From Cyclobacteriaceae bacterium (GTDB lineage: Bacteria; Bacteroidota; Bacteroidia; Cytophagales; Cyclobacteriaceae): a DNA stretch of 64,000 nucleotides. Each line of letters begins with the position of its first letter. The first letter of the stretch is position 1. Made by a program: the position numbers and the translations under genes. The notes beneath the pieces were generated by a model. It saw nothing but the letters and a program-made list of their open reading frames with translations. It was not told the DNA's origin and did no database searches. Shown here piece after piece: positions 57,706-64,000 of the stretch. The DNA lies in the NCBI GenBank assembly GCA_020436125.1, contig JAGQYK010000004.1:27815-91814 (forward strand). The letters are read 5' to 3'.

Positions 57706-57830
57706 CAGTTCACTTATCAATTTCGTTAGTGATTGACCTTTCAGATAATTATTTGGGCATGCGGCAAAGTTGAGGTTTGTACTCTGGCAGTCATTTATTA
57801 GTATGAACTCAATTCAACCTAATCCTAGTT

Positions 57831-60800
57831 ATGAATAAATTATACCTAAGTCTTTTGGCAGCACTTCTTGTGCTGTCTACAGGGAGTTCGGCCCAAAATG
57901 TTTCTACCGAACAAGCCATTAAAAAGTATAAATGGAGGGCAATCGGTCCCGCTAATATGGGAGGAAGAGTGACAGACATCGTGGGTGTACCCGGTGATCC
58001 TTCTACCTTTTATTTTGGTGGTGCAGATGGAGGTGTCTTCAAAACCACTAACGGTGGAGTAACCTTCGAAGCACAATTTACAGATCAACGCGCTTTTTCC
58101 GTGGGTGCACTTGCACTGGCTCCGTCCAATACAGAAGTTGTTTGGTTAGGATCAGGAGAAGGTGATCCTAGGAATAGTGTAGGGTATGGCAATGGTGTTT
58201 ACCGTTCTGTTGATGGTGGAAAGACATGGAAGCATTTAGGTTTAGATAAAACAGAGCGCATTAAGCGTATTGTTGTTGATCCTAATGATCCTGATGTGGC
58301 ATGTGTGTGCGCCTTAGGTAAACAGTGGGGTGCAAACCCGGAGCGGGGTGTATTTCTAACTAATGATGGTGGTAAAAACTGGGAGAAAGTATTGTACCTG
58401 GATGAGGATACAGGGTGTTCGGATCTTGCCATGGAGCTATCCAACCCAAAAGTACTTTATGCGGGTATGTGGACGTTCAGAAGAAAACCGTGGAGGTTTG
58501 ATGACGGGGGGCATAAAACAGCTGTTTACAGATCTTTGGATGGTGGCAAAACTTGGGAGAAAATAATGAAGGGTCTGCCCAACAAACCAATGGCACGTAT
58601 TGGATTGTCTGTAGCTCAAAGCCAGCCGAATACAGTCTATCTGATCACGGAGTTTAAAGATTTGAGTGGAACACTTTTCAGATCTGATGATAGAGGAAGT
58701 AATTGGAAAATGGTTAATGATGATCCGAACTTAAACTTCAGACCTTTTTACTATAGTGACGTACGAGTGGATCCAAGCAATCCGGACCATTTAATAACAC
58801 TTTCAGGAAGACTCAGTAAATCTACAGATGGCGGACGCACATTTAAGTACATCGCACAAAATGTTCATGGAGATCATCAGGCATTGTGGATTGACCCTAA
58901 GAATGGAAAGCACATCTTAAGTGGTAGTGATGGTGGCTATCAAGTGTCCTACGATGCAGGCGAAACCTGGGATATAATTAATAACGTAGAGCTATCTCAG
59001 TTCTATCAGCTTTTTGTGGACGATAAAGTGCCGTACAATGTATATGGCGGTCTTCAAGACAACGGAACCTGGGTAGGGCCGAGTAACTCGTTGGTTTCAG
59101 CGGGAATTATGAAAAGGCATTGGACTGGCCTTGCCGGTGGTGATGGATATTATGCAGTTCCGATTCCAGGGAGCGAACATGAAATTTATGCCAACCTGCA
59201 AGGGGGAGTCATCTTCCACGTGGATACTAAATTGGGGAACGTGAGAAACATTCATCCTTATCCGAAAATAACAGGATCAGCGGGTGATGCAATAGATAAA
59301 CATAAGTATCGTTTCAATTGGGATTCTCCAATTCATATTTCACCCAACGATCCCGGTACAGTTTACTTAGGAGGCAATGTTATTTTTAGGAGCAGAGACA
59401 AAGGATATAGTTGGGAAGAAATTAGTCCAGACCTTACTACAAATGATAAGTCAAAACAGGCTACTTCTGGAGGGGAGATTTATCAAGACAATACAGCTGC
59501 AGAATTTCATACCACGATATTAACGATTGCGGAATCACCTAAGCAAAAGGATTTGATCTGGGCCGGTACTGATGATGGGAATATCCAGGTGACTACAGAT
59601 GGCGGCAAAAACTGGACTAATGTAAAGAACAACATCAAAGGCTTGCCAGCATTTGCATGGGTTGGTAAAATCCACGCTTCTGAACATGATGCGGGTACAG
59701 CATTCGTAGCAGTGGATCAACACCGACTGGATGATTTTACACCACATGCTTACATGACTACCAATTATGGTAAATCCTGGACAGATATCAGTACAGGGTT
59801 GCCGCAAGATGATTATGTAAAAGTAGTTCGACAAGATCCACACAACCCTAACTTACTATTTGCTGGTATGGAGCATGGTATTTTTGCTTCATGGGACAAA
59901 GGAAAGTCATGGACTAAAATCAATGTGAACTTACCTCCTGTATCGGTAAGGGATCTCAGGATTCAAGCTAGGGAGCGGGATCTTGTGATAGGAACTCACG
60001 GCCGTGGTGCGTGGATATTGGATGACATTCGCCCGTTAGAGGAAATGAGCAGTGCTACCTCCAAAGCAGCACATGTGTTTCCAGTAAGAGATGCTATTCT
60101 TTGGCACTATCAGGATCGCATGGAAGACCTGGGAGACAGAACTTATACTGCTAAAAACCCTGAGTATGGAGCTTATATTAATTTCTACATACAAAAGGAT
60201 CCAACAGGACCAGTTGAATTGAACATTTCTGATAACAATGGTGCGATCGTAAGAACGCTAAAAGACACCTTGTCAAAGGCAGGGATCAACAGAATTGTTT
60301 GGGATTTGCGATCTAAAGGAGCAACGGAATTGAACAACCCTCCAGGTGGAGGCTGGCGCTCTGGCGCTTATAATCCGCTAGTGGCTCCTGGTAACTATAC
60401 AGCGAAGTTGAAAGTTAACGGCCAGGAATTGCAAACTACCATTGTGGTAAAACCAGATCCGAGGGCTTCGTTAACCGATCAGGATTACAAAATGAAGATT
60501 GCGACCATGAGCAGACTGAATGAATTGCTTTCAGAAACTCATGAAATGATCAACAACAGTGAGTCTATAGTAAGACAGTTGAAAGAAGTAAAAGAAAAAT
60601 TGAAATCTGATCAGGAAATGGGATCGAATCAAGCCCTAAATGGAGAGATTGATCAGGCGATTAAGAAGATGGAGGAGTATATGGATGATGTCTTAAGAAG
60701 ACCTCCGCCTAATATGAACTATAGACAACGCCCAAGACTAAAGGAAGAAATTCGGTCGTTGATGTATGCTGTGGATGGAGCAACGGCAAGACCTTCAACT

Positions 60801-60956
60801 CAACAATCAAACAGGTCTACCGAATTGAATAGGGAAACGCAGGATGCTGCAAATCAGTTGGACAGAATTATTACTGAGTATGTCGATAAGATCAATGATA
60901 AACTTAAAAACATGCCACAGATAGTTGTGAAAAAGCCAGCGCAGAAAGAAATGTAA
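57831..60956 (+). CDS. Secreted VPS10/sortilin-like BNR (Asp-box) beta-propeller protein with helical C-terminus
   Basis: WRAIGPANMGGRVTDI; about 11 Asp-box motifs (RSVDGGKTW, RSLDGGKTW, KSTDGGRTF, VTTDGGKNW...); GTHGRGAWILDDI. Confidence 0.88.
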   Translation: MNKLYLSLLAALLVLSTGSSAQNVSTEQAIKKYKWRAIGPANMGGRVTDIVGVPGDPSTFYFGGADGGVFKTTNGGVTFEAQFTDQRAFSVGALALAPSNTEVVWLGSGEGDPRNSVGYGNGVYRSVDGGKTWKHLGLDKTERIKRIVVDPNDPDVACVCALGKQWGANPERGVFLTNDGGKNWEKVLYLDEDTGCSDLAMELSNPKVLYAGMWTFRRKPWRFDDGGHKTAVYRSLDGGKTWEKIMKGLPNKPMARIGLSVAQSQPNTVYLITEFKDLSGTLFRSDDRGSNWKMVNDDPNLNFRPFYYSDVRVDPSNPDHLITLSGRLSKSTDGGRTFKYIAQNVHGDHQALWIDPKNGKHILSGSDGGYQVSYDAGETWDIINNVELSQFYQLFVDDKVPYNVYGGLQDNGTWVGPSNSLVSAGIMKRHWTGLAGGDGYYAVPIPGSEHEIYANLQGGVIFHVDTKLGNVRNIHPYPKITGSAGDAIDKHKYRFNWDSPIHISPNDPGTVYLGGNVIFRSRDKGYSWEEISPDLTTNDKSKQATSGGEIYQDNTAAEFHTTILTIAESPKQKDLIWAGTDDGNIQVTTDGGKNWTNVKNNIKGLPAFAWVGKIHASEHDAGTAFVAVDQHRLDDFTPHAYMTTNYGKSWTDISTGLPQDDYVKVVRQDPHNPNLLFAGMEHGIFASWDKGKSWTKINVNLPPVSVRDLRIQARERDLVIGTHGRGAWILDDIRPLEEMSSATSKAAHVFPVRDAILWHYQDRMEDLGDRTYTAKNPEYGAYINFYIQKDPTGPVELNISDNNGAIVRTLKDTLSKAGINRIVWDLRSKGATELNNPPGGGWRSGAYNPLVAPGNYTAKLKVNGQELQTTIVVKPDPRASLTDQDYKMKIATMSRLNELLSETHEMINNSESIVRQLKEVKEKLKSDQEMGSNQALNGEIDQAIKKMEEYMDDVLRRPPPNMNYRQRPRLKEEIRSLMYAVDGATARPSTQQSNRSTELNRETQDAANQLDRIITEYVDKINDKLKNMPQIVVKKPAQKEM

Positions 60957-60979
60957 TTCAGATTTCAGTTTTAAATTCC

Positions 60980-61014
60980 AATGAAGCCACTTCCTAATAC
61001 GTTGTGGCTTCGTT
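60980..61014 (+). terminator. Intrinsic terminator after the VPS10-like gene
   Basis: AATGAAGCCAC ... GTGGCTTCGTT stem followed by GTTTAT. Confidence 0.7.
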
Positions 61015-61084
61015 GTTTATATGCAGTTTTTGAATCGCACCGATTTAAGAATAAACTATATTTAAGGTTGGTAATGAGCCGGGA

Positions 61085-61930
61085 ATGAAACGTTTTCTTA
61101 AAATTATAACTATCCTCTTCGTGATTTACACCATGCTTTCAATGGTGATAAATCTTATCAATTTGCCAAACCCTGGGGAGTATGATGGCGATTGGGATAC
61201 AGCTTATTGCGATGAGTACTCAAGAGTGGATACCCTGGATCTTACTAATGTTCAGCAGACTCACTACCGTTCTTGGAACAAATATACTTTTGATTCTCTT
61301 TATTGTTTGTCTTACCAAATGTCTTCTATTGCCTCTGATCATTCGAAAGAATTTCGCAACAAGATTTATTCGAGGGAAAGAAACTATGAAAAGTATTGGA
61401 GGAACATCTATTACGAGTTGTATAATGCAGACAGAGAGAACATACATTTTCTTCAGGATTCTCTACAACAGATAGCCTTTCAAAACCAACTTACAAGAAA
61501 TGAATTTGCCAAGCTAATTGTATCTTTTGTGCAAGATATTCCCTACAGCTATGTAACCTCTGGACCATGTGACAAAACAGATCATCCCTGCAGGGGCAAT
61601 GAAAGGTTTGGCATATTGTCGCCAGTAGAATTTTTGTATACGCTCTCTGGTGATTGTGATACACGATCCGTTTTACTTTATAGTATTCTAAAACATTTTG
61701 GTTATGACTCCTTGATCATGATCAGTAATGAATATAGACATGCAATGATTGCCATAGATTTACCTGCATCGGGCGATCATATTATTCATAAGGGTAAGAA
61801 ATTTTACTTTTGGGAAACTACGAATACAGGTTGGCTACCGGGGATGCTCCCTCCAGACACAAACAATATTGCTTATTGGAAAATAACTCTTGATCATGAA
61901 TATCAAACTGTCACTTCTAGCTATCGTTGA
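61085..61930 (+). CDS. Membrane-anchored transglutaminase-like cysteine enzyme
   Basis: N-terminal TM helix; SFVQDIPY, GDCDTRS (Cys), RHAM (His), WETT (acid). Confidence 0.75.
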   Translation: MKRFLKIITILFVIYTMLSMVINLINLPNPGEYDGDWDTAYCDEYSRVDTLDLTNVQQTHYRSWNKYTFDSLYCLSYQMSSIASDHSKEFRNKIYSRERNYEKYWRNIYYELYNADRENIHFLQDSLQQIAFQNQLTRNEFAKLIVSFVQDIPYSYVTSGPCDKTDHPCRGNERFGILSPVEFLYTLSGDCDTRSVLLYSILKHFGYDSLIMISNEYRHAMIAIDLPASGDHIIHKGKKFYFWETTNTGWLPGMLPPDTNNIAYWKITLDHEYQTVTSSYR

Positions 61931-62411
61931 AATACTATCCGGGTTAAGTATCGGGATTGTAATTATGATAATCACTTACAAAATCCTAAAATGGATTGGA
62001 CGAAAAAGATATGACATCCATCAAAATAACGTGGCCTATAGCATATTTATGGCCAGTGTGCTTTTTTCAGTGGGATACATGGTCAGTGGAGTAATACAGC
62101 CGTTGCTCTCTCTGTTTAGAATAATGGCAGCTTCGGAGAGTTCTACAACTGATCTTTTAGGTTCCTTTATAGGATATGGTGCGTTTTATATTGCATCCTC
62201 ATACACGGCTGGTGTGGTGGTCAGTTTGGTTGGGATCACGATCTATACTGGATTGACGCCTATCGATGAGTTTGCAGAATTAAAAAATGACAATTTGGGA
62301 GTTGCCCTTATTGTAGGGTCAATCATTATTGTTCTGACACTTCTTACACGCGATGGAGTGAATCTCTTAATGGAATCACAAATTCCTTATCCTACACACT
62401 TTACTCAGTAG
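61896..62411 (+). CDS. DUF350-domain membrane protein
   Basis: Four TM helices with duplicated HQNNVAYSI / ELKNDNLGVAL motifs; ATG 61896. Confidence 0.8.
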   Translation: MNIKLSLLAIVEILSGLSIGIVIMIITYKILKWIGRKRYDIHQNNVAYSIFMASVLFSVGYMVSGVIQPLLSLFRIMAASESSTTDLLGSFIGYGAFYIASSYTAGVVVSLVGITIYTGLTPIDEFAELKNDNLGVALIVGSIIIVLTLLTRDGVNLLMESQIPYPTHFTQ

Positions 62412-63579
62412 TAACAGGACGGCCTAAGGCAACTAAACCTAATACCGGGCCAATGGCCAGTGAAACGAATATAATGTTGGGGTTGAAGTGTTCGGTGAGC
62501 AGCGTCATTGTTTGTAAACTAAGTATGGTTATGGCAAAGCCTATTGAATTGACAATGGTGAGTGCAGTACCCTTGCTGTGAACGGTTGCGTAATTGGCTA
62601 TTAACGTAGAAAACTGTGGTGAGTCTGCGACCACAGCCATTCCCCAGATGATTAAGAATACGAGAAAAATTGGAATGGGTATGTGAAAGAGAAGGGGTGA
62701 GAGCAAACAGCAAATGCCTGATAGGAATAATGCAGCAAAGGCTATTCTATGACTCCCTTTTTTGCTGGAAATATAACCGCCCAATACACAAGCAATACCC
62801 CCGCTGGCTATAATAAGGAAAGACCAAAGGCTCACTGAAAGGTGCTGAGAATTGAGTTCATTATACTTTGCAAGTATAAATGGTATGAAGGCCCATAAAG
62901 TATACAGTTCCCACATATGCCCGAAATAACCAAAGGCAGCCGCACGAAATTTCTTTTCTTTAAAAACAGTAAAGCACGCACTTAAGTCTAGTGTACTTCC
63001 TTTTTTTCGGAAAGGACCATCTGGAACTAAAAAGTAAACGATACACCCTCCTGCTATGGAAAGAATAGAGGTAGTGTACATCACAACCTCCCACTGAAGA
63101 GAAGTACTCATCATTCTTATCCAATGAGGCAATGCTGTGCCCACAACTAATGCACCCACCAGATAACCTAATGCTTTACCTAATCCCTTTTCATGATAAT
63201 CGGCAGAAATTTTCATACCCACTGGATAAATACCAGCAAGAAAAAATCCAACACATCCTCTTAAGAAAAATAATAAAGTTGAAGAAGTGACTAGTGTTAT
63301 GGACAAATTGATTACTGCTCCCGACAATGCACATACAAGAAATACTTTTGAAGGGGAGAATCGATCAGAGATAGTGAATATTGCAAAGATGAGTGTACCC
63401 AAAATAAAACCAACTTGAACAGACGAAGTAAGGTGACCCACTGAAGTAGGAAGGAGATCAAAGGCGATTTGTAACTCTGGTAATACGGCATTACCAGCAA
63501 ACCATAACGAAGTACAGGCAAATTGCGCAAAGACAATGAGAGGGAGAATTCTTTTTGCTTCGGAGGAATAGGATGTCAT
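62401..63579 (-). CDS. MFS transporter
   Basis: QFACTSLWFAGNAV, LAGIYPVGMKI, GYFGHMWELY, VADSPQFS; 12-TM pattern. Confidence 0.9.
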   Translation of the reverse strand: MTSYSSEAKRILPLIVFAQFACTSLWFAGNAVLPELQIAFDLLPTSVGHLTSSVQVGFILGTLIFAIFTISDRFSPSKVFLVCALSGAVINLSITLVTSSTLLFFLRGCVGFFLAGIYPVGMKISADYHEKGLGKALGYLVGALVVGTALPHWIRMMSTSLQWEVVMYTTSILSIAGGCIVYFLVPDGPFRKKGSTLDLSACFTVFKEKKFRAAAFGYFGHMWELYTLWAFIPFILAKYNELNSQHLSVSLWSFLIIASGGIACVLGGYISSKKGSHRIAFAALFLSGICCLLSPLLFHIPIPIFLVFLIIWGMAVVADSPQFSTLIANYATVHSKGTALTIVNSIGFAITILSLQTMTLLTEHFNPNIIFVSLAIGPVLGLVALGRPVTTE

Positions 63580-63583
63580 TGAT

Positions 63584-64000
63584 TTAAATCAAACCTGTTC
63601 CCCATAATATGCACACTACGAAGAACGTGGTCAAACCACCCACTAAAGTAGCACCACCATATGCCAGCATACCTTCATGCACACTGAGTTTGCTCAGTGA
63701 AGTACATACCCAAAAATAACTGCTGTTCACATATTTGATAATTACTGACCCTGAGGCTCCTGATAGCATGGCTGCTTCTGGCGACAGATGCAAACTTGAA
63801 AGCATGGGAGCAACGATAGAAGCAGCGGTAATTACTCCTACAGTTGTTGAGCCGGTGATCATGTTTCCAATCACCCCGATTATAAAAGGAAGAATAATCG
63901 CTGGTAGTTTGTAATGGACAAAGAAGTCTACGATGTAAGTGACCACGGGTGTTCCTTTGAGTATTTCACTTAATGAACCCCCCAATCCGGTAACAACCAG
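63584..64000 (-). CDS. GntP-family permease, C-terminal fragment (continues beyond window)
   Basis: VTGLGGSLSEIL, GSTTVGVITAASIV, YVNSSYFWV; frame open to the window edge. Confidence 0.75.
   Translation of the reverse strand: MVVTGLGGSLSEILKGTPVVTYIVDFFVHYKLPAIILPFIIGVIGNMITGSTTVGVITAASIVAPMLSSLHLSPEAAMLSGASGSVIIKYVNSSYFWVCTSLSKLSVHEGMLAYGGATLVGGLTTFFVVCILWGTGLI

Noticed and set aside
1686-63536. The many 60-126 aa ORFs antisense to or nested in long genes in the ORF track
   Set aside because: Shadow ORFs of conserved genes with no recognisable motifs; e.g. the similar antisense ORFs at 1686, 4279 and 6990 merely mirror the paralogous permease ends.
1-64000. Mobile elements, CRISPR arrays, defence systems, rRNA
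   Set aside because: No transposase, integrase, cas, toxin-antitoxin or restriction genes and no spaced direct repeats were recognised. The SNF2 helicase and the two methyltransferases lack defence-island context.

Overview
64 kb of compact, almost entirely housekeeping chromosome from a Bacteroidota bacterium. Cytophagales is likely; this is inferred from gldJ, TAnnTTTG promoter elements, the DUF4175-ybeY-mnmG and rbfA-lolC/E gene orders, and tandem FtsX/MacB-like permeases. About 49 CDS. No IS, prophage, CRISPR, rRNA or tRNA was recognised. The main non-coding signal is a probable replication origin region: a DnaA-box cluster at 13222-13487 (three exact TTWTNCACA matches plus several near matches), two parS palindromes upstream of mnmG (17974, 18019), and a hand-sampled third-position G/C bias that inverts across the region. 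The left edge of the box cluster resembles a basal unwinding module (tandem boxes, GC spacer, trio-like triplets, AT-rich tract) and overlaps the start codon and signal peptide of a TPR gene. Other items of interest: a 14-Cys lipoprotein of unknown family, a mosaic three-gene permease array whose middle gene seems to start at CTG with an extra N-terminal domain, an inactive/active DUF3857-transglutaminase pair, a transglutaminase-like/DUF350 pair, and two probably leaderless genes. All calls come from reading the sequence and recalled family motifs; no database search was run.
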